Positions 10,524 through 20,945 of a stretch of 30,601 bases of DNA are shown piece after piece. Position numbers and translations under genes: made by a program. Where the stretch lies: assembly GCF_006345805.1 (NCBI RefSeq), contig NW_021832511.1:1-30601 (forward strand), in the 5' to 3' direction. The DNA is from Octopus sinensis (Eukaryota). How positions within the stretch are numbered: position 1 is the stretch's first letter; each line of letters opens with the position of its first letter. The notes beneath the pieces are model-generated. The model was given only the letters and a program-made list of their open reading frames with translations. It did not search any database and was not told the DNA's origin.

Positions 10524-13500
10524 TCACACGGTTCCTTGCACGCACAACACTCGTGCAACATACTTCCATCTCTTTTGGAACGTACACTCTGACAGACACC
10601 TCTTCTCCAGCCACAGTTTCCTTTTCAAATGAAAAGAAAAAAAGGATCGTAAATTGTCACCAGAGATAAAGTTGCCTGTCTTAATTCCTTTTATCCTAGT
10701 ATTCCATACAGCCTCTTTTGTTATTGCTACAACCGTGAGAAAACAATTCTTACCTTCGTTCGTTAGAACTCCCGGTGGGTCAATTTTTATAATTGACTCA
10801 GTCGACAGCCGTACTCTTCCTTCGCCGGACAACAGATGTTCAGCATAAGCCCACATTTCAGTTATCTCCGGACACTGAACAATAGCGTGAGGGACGGTTC
10901 CCTGTCCCCACCGCATCTTGGACAGGTCGGCGACTGACGTTTACCATGTCTTGCGAGCTTATCCCAAACGGGCAAGGCACCTCTGTAGCATTGCCAGGTT
11001 AAGGACTTTTGGAAGTTGTCCAACGTTCTCAACCCGAATGTACGATGAAACAAGCTGTCCAGTTGAATAAATTCCGAGACCTAGAGTCGACCCCAGGCCA
11101 TCGTCGCATTCAGACTCTACCAACCCACTATATAAAATCCGTGTGGAACCCCCACCGCTGGCGTTGCCCGAGCGCCGGAACAGCAAGAGGGCCTTACGGC
11201 ACTCTTTATGCCACTCACTCGACCTCGGTCTACGAGAACACCAGGCTTCCTGTTCGCAAAAACTCTTGAACTCAGGGAACATTTGTCTGGCCAGCTGAGA
11301 CCACACCCGTTCACTATCCAGGAGAATCCAGAGGTGCCTCAACCTCAACGCATGTCTGCGCATCATTAACCAAGGCATCCCTAAACCTCCATTTAAAGGC
11401 TTTTGACAGCAGACAGAGCGTTTCACAAGTGGCGACCTGCCCTTCCACAAAAAGCGAAAGAGCTGTCTCTCCAACCTGATCAACCACGAATCCGGACAGG
11501 GCACGACAGTCAGGCGGTAGGTAATGACCAATGCGATAAACACATTGGCCACTTCCGCCCTCCCTTTCAGGGATAGCCACCGCCAAGACCAAGTCTTGAC
11601 TACTGCAGCCACCCTGCTCAATACCTCCGTCCAGTTCTTCTCTATCTGGAGGCCTGGTCCAAACCAGACTCCCAGCAACTTAACCGGTCCCTCCGTCCAG
11701 CGCCTAACAACACTGTCTGAAGGCATCGACTTGCCAACCCAGGTGCCGAGCTGCAAGCCGACCGACTTTTCCCGGTTAATCTTTGCTCCTGCTACCTCCT
11801 CGTAAGCCTCAATAGTCTTACCTACTTCACGTAGGCGTACCACTGTGGTTACACTGATAGTGATATCATCCGCGAAAGCCGTAACAAACTCCTCTAGTCC
11901 TGGTTCTCTCGGGATGCCACTCAACCTTTGCAGTAATGGCTCGAGAGCCATCACATACAAAAGTGGTGAAAGCGGACATCCTTGACGAACCGAGCGTCTG
12001 ATGCAGAACGGCTTCGAAAGGAAACCGTTCACCCGAACTATCGAGTCAATGTTGTGGTACAAAGCGATAAACCACCTGAGGAAGCCAAGGCCCAGGCCAA
12101 ACCGCGCAAGTACAGTCGCTAGGTATCGATGGTCAACCCTATCAAAAGCTTTAGACTGGTCCAAATGCACCAATTCCCCACCTTTGCCAGATTTATTACC
12201 AAACCTCTCTATGGTATAGCGAATAAGATGGAGGGTATCCTGAATGGTTCTGCCTGGGATGGCACATGTCTGTGCCTCCCCGACTATACCATTCGCGACA
12301 CGCGCCAACCTTTTTGCTAGAACCTTGGCCAAAATCTTCACTTCTGCGTTTAACAGAGTGATGGGCCTGAAATTCTCTAGAACGTCCCCCTTGTCCGGGT
12401 CCTTTCTGACCAACGTCACTACTCCCCGGCGCACAGATCTGGGGATAAACCCATTCTGTTTCCAGTTCGCGTACACGTCAGTCAGTAGTTGCCCGAACAA
12501 GTCTGGCATACATTTATACAGCTCGTACGGAAGACCATCAAGTCCCGGTGACTTACCCGCTTTACAATCGGCCAAAGCCTCCATCACCTCCTCAAGTGTG
12601 ATTGGCCCTTCGCAAGACTCCGCATCCGACCCCGAGAGGCACCGCAGCCCGGTAAGAAAGTCCTCGAGGGCTCTTTCACCACCAGGACCGCCGTCACCCC
12701 CGAACAGCTGGGCGAAGTACTCCCGAAAGACCTCACACATTTTCTCGGGTTCGTTTATCAAGACACCATTTTGATTCGTCAAAGACCGAATAGAGGAACT
12801 ATTTCCTTGCCGAGCTTCCACCACTCGGGCCCATCCAGCGGCTTTGATTCCTTCACTTCCCATTGCACGTAACTTAGCTCTGGTAATACTTCCCATGTGG
12901 TGGGCTTCAAGATGCTGGTTTAACTCCAGTCTTTTCACCCTCGCTTGGTCTGTATTACCAGTCCTCCAGGCTTCTTCTAGTTCCTTAACTAGACCATCTC
13001 CTATTTTACGTCCCTTCTTAGCTAAACTTATGCTAAACCTAATAGACTCATATTTGATGGCTCTTTTTAGGGCGTACCACCATTTGTTATTAATGATGGT
13101 ACCTGTTAATGCCCTCTGTATTAACATCTTGATCCGCTTTCTGTACTCCTCAATCGCCAAAAGGGACGTATTGAGTTTCCAGTAGCCAGATCCCTGTCTA
13201 TGCAACTTATCTACCGTCAGTTTACAGGTAACCATCTTGTGGTCACTGTAGCTGACTAGAAAAAACTGTGGACACTCAACTATGGACTTATCTTTTTCTC
13301 TAATTAAAATCCTATCTAGATATGTTCTGGTAGACCCGTCACTATTTGACCACGTCCACTGTGGAGTGTTCGGGTGCTCCAACCTATATGGATCTGCTAG
13401 CTGAAATTGACTTAGCAGATCCCGAAAGCCTGTGTTACATTTTCTGTTCATGTTCGAGTTTGAGCCAACACAATCTGTGTGTGCTGCACATATTGTATTA

Positions 13501-13925
13501 GAGTCTCCTAACACTACTAGTGAATGCGACGTGGCTAGGAACTTTCCTAGGCCACGAAAATATTCAGTTTGCGGGCCAATAATGTTTGGTGCATAAATAG
13601 CGACCAGCCTGATTGTCTTGCCACAACTGAATGTCAAGTCGAGAACGACCAGCCTGCCTTCTGGGTCAGAAAAAACCAACTTTTTCTCGGCTACCCGGTT
13701 TCTTTTTAGTAGGACCAACACCCCACCCCCACCTCCCGCCCGACTCGGAGAAACGTACTTCTCGTAGCCGTTCAGGAGGGGGAGCAGATCTCTTGGCCCC
13801 TTCACCCGGGTTTCCGTTGCAACAATTACATCCAAATTTCTCGACCTGATGTCATTCAGAAAGCGTCCTTGCTTCCAGCTTGACAACAGGCCATGAACAT
13901 TTAAACAACCAATGTGAATAGCCAT
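10524..13925 (-). pseudogene. Tx1 ORF2: apurinic-like endonuclease + reverse transcriptase + C-terminal zinc motif, with two 1-bp frameshifts (~11075, ~10895)
   Basis: Endonuclease motifs GCLNVHGL, ATET, LGDSN, LDRI, SDH. RT motifs KSPGLDGLPYELY, FRPITLLN, LDQSKAFDRVDH, RQGCPLSP, FADD. The pieces 10959..13928, 10862..11053 and 10524..10916 join as CPRCG..TVPHAIVQC. Confidence 0.9.
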
Positions 13926-13935
13926 CACTTACCTG

Positions 13936-15463
13936 TTAATTAGGATTGTCCGGTGGAGGGGGACCCTCCACCTTTTTTTTATCCAGGGTCGGAGGTGGAC
14001 GGTCTTGGGAAATAGATTTGTCAAAATCCCGTCTCACCACCGACACAGAATTATCAGGTGGAGGGGGAATCTCCACCTTTTCCTTTTCTCGCGGGATCGG
14101 AGCTGGTAATCCATGAAATATCGACTTGTTAAAATCTAATCTCAATGAAGATACAGTCTTTCTGTACTTATTTTGTAGAATTCTATAAGTCTTATTTGAG
14201 ACTTCATATATGTCGTAATTGATAAATTCCTCTGAAAGGTTATCAATTTTTTTTTACAGTCTTTATGAGTTGAATGTCTCTCATGAGCTCAGTATCTTTA
14301 GTGTATACGGCTATTATGCCTTTTTCTTCTTTTTCTCTTCTGGCAGTCTTTTTGGTCGTTGTTCTGTAGTAGTCGCCGCTCTCGGCTGGGTTGCTGGTTG
14401 TATTTTTCTTTTGTTTGTTGTTTTTTTCTCATCTGTTTCTTCTTTATCTTCTTCCTCTTTGTCTTTTTTCTCCTCTTCCTCCTCTTCTTCATTTTCCTTG
14501 CAGTTCCTTCGAATGTGGCCTAATTGACCACATAAAAAACATCGAGGTTTTCGGCCCTCAACAAACACCACGAGGTTCTCCTCCCCTACCTCAATTGTCT
14601 CAGGAATTGTTTGAATTATTTTAGGGTCCGCTTGAATGAGAAGATTAATTGTTTTACCATCCCAGCGTGGGTTTTCCGTAGCGGTAGCCTGGAGGAGAGT
14701 AATTTTTTCTACCTCTTTGATTAGGACTGCCGCCAACAACCACATAGGTTCGACCTCTGGCGGGACCCTTGTAATTTTTATTCGCGACGTCCTCATCCCC
14801 ATATAATATGGTATTAACTCCACGTCGTTCGTTTTCAACGTTTCCACTGAGTTCTTGTGTGCTATTTCTTTATTGGTGAACCTTACTTCCACCGTTCCGA
14901 ATTTTTTCCTCTTCTCAGAAATACTACGTCGCCCAATATTGGCTTTAAGCACTTTTCTATTTTCTCTTCTGACATTCTTTCAATTTTTCTATTTTGTAGA
15001 CAATATGTTTTGAAAATTATTGTTTTTTGCTTTTCTTCCTGTAATAACTTTTGCGGAGGTTCAATTTTCACACTGTTGTCATTTATTTCCATCATTTTGC
15101 TGTATTTCATAATTTCGCTTTTATTCGTCGACAGTATCTGGGTTCCACCCCCAGCAGCCAACGCAAAACTTTTTTTTCCATTTTTTGGTTCTATCTGGAT
15201 GCTAGGCACATCAATTATTCTCTTCGACACAATGCCTTTGTTCTCTGGCAAAGTCGGAAACTCTTCTGGTGAAAGTTCTGACGAGCTCTCAGACACATCT
15301 CCAAAAATATCAAATATATTATCCTCTCTGCTATTCTTCTTGTAGCGGGGGAAACCCCTATTTCCTTGTCTGTAGTTGGCTCCTCGCCGGACATGTATTT
15401 CCTCCTCTCAACAGGAGAAACAAGTATTTCTGCTCCAACGGTAGGCTCCATGCTAGACGACAT
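13936..15463 (-). pseudogene. Tx1 ORF1 (gag-like, CCHC zinc knuckle), reconstructed across four 1-bp frameshifts (~510 codons)
   Basis: CFLCGQLGHIRRNC lies in 14314..14952. Joined pieces: MSSSMEPT (ATG 15463); 14883..15296; 14314..14952; KGIIAVYTKDTELMRDIQLIKTV; an open frame from ~14255 to the TAA at 13936, 10 nt before the ORF2 ATG. Confidence 0.75.
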
Positions 15464-15626
15464 TCTTCCCTCCAAAGGGGGAATGAACAACGCGTGCTAC
15501 CACAAGCACTAAGTGTTTTCATTGAAAACTCCAACAGTTAAGTTATTCAACAGTTTAACAAGAAACAACAGTTGTTAACAATATTAACACCACGAAACAG
15601 CAATTCTTACTTCACGAACACATGTG

Positions 15627-15690
15627 CGGCAGACGAAATACGGCTACGCATTCCGCCCGGCGTGCTAACCACTCTGCCAGCTCGCCGCCT
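15627..15690 (-). mobile_element. 5' head (A box) of the host SINE family G copy
   Basis: Minus strand aggcggcgagctggcagagtggttagcacgccgggcggaatgcgtagccgtatttcgtctgccg matches 3392-3455. Confidence 0.9.
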
Positions 15691-16529
15691 AATATATATA
15701 TATATATATAATATCGGGAATTATCGCATACCGTATTATTTCAATATAATCTATTCTGGTTTATAGATGAAAAGTGCCGCCCCTCCAAAAGTGCCCTAAC
15801 CCTAACCCCTACCTCTCCCTTAGCTATTCTTGTGTGCTAGGGGTATCTGTAGAGGCTTAATTATCCGTATAATACTCTCTTCAAACCTATTGAAAAGTTT
15901 CTTATTTCTTTCAATTCTCCCATGTCAGATAAAATGCTAACACAAAAAATGAAAAGACACACAGTGAAAATTATGAGGAAACAAAGTCAGTAAGGAGGAG
16001 GGCAAAACTGTATAAATATGTCAACTGGTGTCTGCAAAAGATTTCACTAAGAAATACCCAGTTTTCTGCAAGTTATGAGGTAACAAAGGCGACTCGTGTG
16101 AATTTTAAAAAACTTTTCTCTCTCTCCACCCTCGCCACATCAGGAAAACGTTCCACTTTAAATTCTGATATAAATGAAACGTATACCATCAGAAGCATAT
16201 GTGTTGAAAATTTCGAGTTAAAGAATCCATTTTTCCGAAAGTTATGAGGAAACAAAGTCGATAGGAACACACTTGTGTCCGTATGCCCGGTGGTACATGA
16301 TCTATAGAATTTATTCTTTTATTCCTTGAAGCGTTTCAGCCCAAAGATTGTGGCCATGCTGGAGCATCGCCGGTAAAAGTAGGCGATGGGTGCATATCCA
16401 TATCTCAGGAATACTTGCACTTTCTTCAGTACCACATGGAACCCAGAAAAATATATTTAACATTTCTTTGTTCGCTGTGTTCAGGATGAAAATATATTTA
16501 CGAACTAAAGCGGGAGTATAACTTGGGAC

Positions 16530-16935
16530 TCGTGCAAATGCAAGCGCACATACACAGACATACACAAAAGCGTACACACAAACACACACATAAGCTCGCA
16601 TACACATACACGAACACACTCTAACACATGCACGCAAACACATACGCACTGATACATAAATAAAGAAGAGCACACACAAGTACACATGTACACACAAACA
16701 TACACATACACAAGCATATACATATACATATACACACACACAAACACACACATAGGCACACAAACAGACATACACACATGCATACACACATAAGCACGCA
16801 TACGCACACACACACAAGCATACACACATCAGCACGCAGACACATACATGCATACACACATAAGCACACATACACACACAAGCATACACACATAATTACG
16901 CATACACACAACACACACACACACAGACACACACA
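16530..16935. repeat. Imperfect (CA)n-rich microsatellite field
   Basis: Direct inspection; it is the source of the VC-rich spurious ORFs. Confidence 0.9.
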
Positions 16936-17450
16936 CTGTGTATGTTTTCAAAAATAATTTCTGTAAGAAAGAAAATTCGTTCACAGTCATTTGACAGCCG
17001 AGTTTACGGCAAACGGCGATCGTTGCCGTAGTCATTGATTTTAATATCTGCTTTATTAAACGAAAAGCCCGATGACGATGATGACGCCGACAACGACGAT
17101 GATCCTAGCCCTAACACTGACACATAACTCTAACCCTACCTCCAATCCTAATCTTAAAGCTAATTTTAAACCCTAAACCCCAACACCAATACCAAACCCA
17201 TTATTTCTGCTCATCGATATAGTGTACTCGAAATGAATTCGAATCGCTGGCCTGAAGTAGATACTGGGAGCGTAAAATCTATCTGTTAATGTGAAAAAGT
17301 GCTGTACAAGTAGAACAAAATTCAAATTTTGTGTTATGAGTAGCTCTATACTGTAAACATTATCAATGTCACATGCTTAATGTTACATATTTAATGCATG
17401 TGCTTTGTTTAAACGCTTTTAGACTGCGGTATTTCGTCCGCGGTATTTGT

Positions 17451-17620
17451 AGGAATCCAAGTAACCACTACACCATATGCCCACGGGCGTAGTAGTTAAG
17501 AGGAATCCAGGTAACCACTACGCCATATGCCCACGAGCATATTGGGCATATGGCGTAGTAATTAAGAGCGCGGGCTAGTAACCCCAAGATTCCGAGTTAG
17601 ATTCCAGGCAGTGACCTGAA
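17451..17620 (+). mobile_element. Short tRNA-like SINE head (17544-17620) preceded by inverted, 50-bp-duplicated fragments of itself
   Basis: gggcatatggcgtagtaattaagagcgcggg...gagttagattccagg has A/B-box-like motifs and a (TAA)n tail. The upstream taaccactacgccatatgccc is its reverse complement (19/21). Confidence 0.65.
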
Positions 17621-17657
17621 TAATAATAATAGTAATAATAATAATAATAATAATAAA

Positions 17658-18212
17658 TGCCCTGATGCAGTACCAGGCAGTGGCTCTCATGGCTTCTGAT
17701 CTTAACTGATTGGAAGTGTTATCATGTACATTGTTTTGTCTTGGTATAAAAGATGGGCTACAACAAATATTCTGCTCAGTACCACAGATTTGCTTGTCAG
17801 TTGTTTGACCTTAACCAGTTGAGCATGTCCCTTAGTGGCTGACGATATGTGTATCTCTGATCACGAGCAGAAGTAGTGGGGGAGCATCATAGCCATGTGT
17901 TGAGAGGGATTCTTTGGGGTTTGAATAATTCACCTCTGGAAACATGGGTGGTTCTTTCAACATCCTTAAACAACCCTTATTCAGGGACCTTTTGAGCGGG
18001 ATGGGCTACTCAACCTGAAGAAAATTCTAACTGGGCCCCACCTGCAAGGTCATGTGCTGTTTATCTTGATATGAGATCACCATGTCACGCACATATGGTT
18101 GTGATGCATGTGCCTGGTGTACCTTTATCAGACGGGTAGTCATGATGGGTATATTGGGCTTCGTATATTTTACCCCAGTGTCACTTTGATGGCATGCTCT
18201 GCTCGCTCACTC
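17658..18212. mobile_element. ~555-bp non-coding interspersed element flanked on both sides by (TAA)n
   Basis: Complex sequence bounded by TAA runs and ending ..cactc-aataataat. No ORF was recognised, so its identity is inferred. Confidence 0.45.
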
Positions 18213-18247
<35 letters not shown>

Positions 18248-18298
18248 CAACAACAACAATAACAACAACAACGAAACCCAGGTTCGAAATTTCCCCAA

Positions 18299-18344
18299 GA
18301 CATCTGATGAAGGTTGCGGGGTATATCAGCCGAAACGTTGTGTT
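18299..18344 (+). ncRNA. Minimal type I hammerhead ribozyme motif (Penelope-like element type)
   Basis: gacat-CTGATGA-a-ggttg(cggggtatat)cagcc-GAAAC-GTT-gtgtt. It has the conserved core, a 5-bp stem II, a loopless palindromic stem III (AC/GT) and stem I gacat/gtgtt. Confidence 0.65.
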
Positions 18345-18402
18345 AACAACAAACAAGATGAGGACAAATATCCGTCAATTGTAAATAATGCAAATAATGT
18401 AT

Positions 18403-18527
18403 AAAAAAAAAAGTCACAGGAAAAAATGTCACAGGGGTTTTGTCCTGGAGGTTTTGTCCGGGGGTGGGGGTGGGGGTCCTGATCCCAAAAATTAATTGTG
18501 ACGTTTTTTTTTTCCTGCGACTTTATT
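18403..18527. mobile_element. Short MITE-like element with imperfect terminal inverted repeats
   Basis: aaagtcacaggaaaaaatgtcac versus gtgacgtttttttttcctgcgacttt; G-rich interior. Confidence 0.5.
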
Positions 18528-18668
18528 ACCGGTCACCATTTGTATTGCCCCGATCTGGCAAAGCTTCACTTCCTAACCAGTTATACCATAACTTGTTTAT
18601 ATCAATTCAATTCCGCTATTGTTAAATATTAGTCATAGTAAATATATATATATATATGTTCCTGGTAG

Positions 18669-18702
<34 letters not shown>

Positions 18703-18748
18703 ACGTGTGTGTATGTTTATATTGCTATCCTCCACCTCTCTCATTTCG

Positions 18749-18749
<1 letters not shown>

Positions 18750-18832
<83 letters not shown>
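18750..18832. repeat. (CT)n microsatellite
   Basis: Direct inspection. Confidence 0.95.
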
Positions 18833-18835
<3 letters not shown>

Positions 18836-19039
18836 AAAAAAGATGGTTATTATATATTTTTAAAAGTAGATCACTTAAGTTAACTACTCAGCGATTTCCG
18901 TGCCAAGAAATAAACACAAACCCACGTGGCTGCGTGCGAAGTTGTTAGAATCCGGCTCCCCGGTCCCACCATAACCTCTAGGAAGAATCTTGATAAATAA
19001 ATAAAAATTGAAGGCATATGTGTATGTATGCCTCTTCTA

Positions 19040-19790
19040 TTTATCAATTATTATAAATGTTCCGCCGAGGAGGGAGCCGGTTTGTAACAAAGATACATCT
19101 TTGGGATGTATTTAACACATTTGGAATTTGAGAAAAGTTTTGCACATTTTTACTGTCCCACTCACAGACTACACTTGTAATGTACGAATTAGCCAGTCGA
19201 TTTCTTTTTCTGAAAATCCCGGTTTATCCAGATTCTCCTTTAAGCATTTACTAACAAAACCTAGTACTCCAATAATCATTCGTGACGCTTCGTCGGTTGT
19301 GACGACGAGGGTTCCAGTTGATCCGATCAACGGAACAGCCTGCTCGTGAAATTAACGTGCAAGTGGCTGAAAACTCCACAGACACGTGTACCCTTAACGT
19401 AGTTCACGGGGAGATTCAACGTGACACAGAGTGTGACAAGGCTGGTCCTTTGAAATACAGGTACAACAGAAACAGAGGAAGAAAGAGTGAGAGAAAGTTG
19501 TGCTGAAAGAGTACAGCTGGGTTCACCACAACCCCTGCCGGAACATCGTGGAGCTTTAGGTGTCTTTGCTCAAGAAACATTCACAACGTCCGGTCTAAGA
19601 ATCGAAACCACAACCCTACGACTGTGAGTCCGCTGCCCTAACCACTGGGCCATTGCGCCTACACAATTATCATTGTTATGAATATGAATTCATAGTCTGA
19701 ATATAGAAGCTGGAGGTTTCGAAGTAGTTGTCCATAGATATCCTCTTTTTCTTTGGTTTTCAAACAAATATTTATATCTGCATGCATGTA
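19040..19790 (-). pseudogene. RLE-type (R4/Dong-like) LINE 3' fragment, copy A, interrupted by a SINE
   Basis: LKTKEKEDIYGQLLRNLQLLYSDYEFIFITMII [SINE] IGVLGFVSKCLKENLDKPGFSEKEI..VSGTVKMCKTFLKF, followed by a 3' UTR shared with copy B. Confidence 0.7.
19281..19663 (-). mobile_element. Full-length SINE family R (tail type 2) with an 11-bp TSD
   Basis: Head ggcgcaatggcccagtggttagggcagcggactc. The TSD is caataatcatt (19270-19280) / caattatcatt (19664-19674), 10/11 identical. Confidence 0.85.
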
Positions 19791-20640
19791 TGTTCTTTTA
19801 TGTTTTTCATTATTTAAACTCTTCGGAGGAAGAAGGATCTGGTTTCTAACAAAGATACAAAGCTCCATTGTTAGAATGTAGATAAGGAAAACAAGGTCAT
19901 ATTTTAAACCCGAGAAATGTCTTGCGAAGCTTTAGTGTTCCGCTTACAGGTTGCATTTCTAAAATGCGAATCATTTGGTTGATTTCTTTTTCCGAAAATC
20001 CAAGCTTATCCAGGCTGACAGTTAGACATTTACTTAACCAAGTGCTCCGATTATTATTGGTATACATGTAAGCTGGAGGTTTCGAAGCAGATGTCCATAG
20101 TTAGCTTCTGACTCTTTGATTTTCAAACAGATATATTCACATCAGATAATTTCTATGACGGTGCATACTTTTACTAGTCCGTCCCAAACAATATCCGGTC
20201 TGTTATGCTCACACTTGACACATCATTTGATGGCAATGTTCTACAAGTATTCCTTCAGCTGATATTTGTCTAAGTATTCAATAACAGGGGGATTCACTAT
20301 ATTTATTCTAGGACAGTCTTTTTTCCGGCGGGTATTGTATATTGTTTTTGCAACAGCGTCGTGTCGCATAGGGAGGTAGTACCTCGATGATATTTTTAAG
20401 CAGCTGTTATCACATTCGTGATGTCTTCCACGGAAATATGACATAATCTACATTTACGGTTGCATCTTGGAACTCCAAGGGCTTCACTGTCTCTTGTTCT
20501 TGGATTGCAAATGCATAGGCTTCGAAGTGTGATTTGATGTAGCGGTCACGAGTTTAAGAGAAGCTTCGCTTCATGTCAATGGTACTGTCTTTGAGAGATT
20601 CATTAGTTTTTTTCAACATCCAATCATAATTATTTCTACT
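19791..20640 (-). pseudogene. RLE-type (R4/Dong-like) LINE 3' fragment, copy B, degenerate
   Basis: SHFEAYAFAIQEQE, SCLKISSRYYLPMRHDAVAKTIYN (RHD motif) and YGHLLRNLQL..IPIIIGALG..GFSEKEI..VSGTLKLRKTFLGF. Confidence 0.75.
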
Positions 20641-20642
20641 TT

Positions 20643-20937
20643 AGGCACAAGGCCTTGAAAATTTTGAAGGGAAGAGGGCTAGTCGATTACATCGACTCCG
20701 GTGCGTAACTGGTACTTATTTTATCGACCCCGAAAGGATGAAAGGCAAAGTCGACCTCGGTGGAATTTGAACTCAGAACGTAACGGTAGACGAAATACCT
20801 ATTTCTTTACTACCCACAAGGGGCTAAACACAGAGAGGACAAACAAGGACAGACAAACGGATTAAGTCGATTATATCGACCCCAGTGCGCAACTGGTACT
20901 TATTTAATCGACCCCGAAAGGATGAAAGGCAAAGTGG
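20643..20937 (-). mobile_element. SINE family G composite: a unit with the Tx1-like tail joined at the target site to a body with the alternative tail
   Basis: Junction cggtagacgaaatac|ctatttctttactacccacaagggg at 20784-20822. The outer body ends in the alternative tail (plus strand ttaggcacaaggcc at 20641). Confidence 0.8.
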
Positions 20938-20945
20938 ACATATAC

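Larger units (their letters stand above)
10279..15626 (-). mobile_element. Full-length Tx1/L1-clade non-LTR retrotransposon (~5.35 kb)
   Basis: Carries ORF1 with a CCHC knuckle and ORF2 with APE, RT and a C-terminal Cys/His motif. It is flanked by the 16-bp direct repeats cgacagacgaaatacg (10263-10278) and cggcagacgaaatacg (15627-15642). Clade assignment is from domain layout and motifs, with no phylogeny run. Confidence 0.9.

Noticed and set aside
11009-15345. Plus-strand ORFs overlapping the Tx1 element (e.g. 12244..12774, 14857..15345), and minus-strand ORFs over the CR1 ORF2
   Set aside because: They are antisense shadows of real coding frames with no recognisable domains.
16311-17035. 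VC/YI/TH-rich ORFs here and at 1330-1732, 2203-2575, 6754-7122, 8693-9044, 9255-9771 and 22872-23255
   Set aside because: They are dinucleotide microsatellite artefacts.
17100-17200. Telomere-like CCCTAA motifs (also ~15797-15812)
   Set aside because: They are too few and degenerate for an interstitial telomere. They could belong to a Helentron-like repeat, but I cannot support that.
17425-17450. Target-like motif gcggtatttcgtccgcggtattt
   Set aside because: It resembles the SINE target site but lacks flanking SINE or LINE sequence, so it cannot count as another insertion junction.
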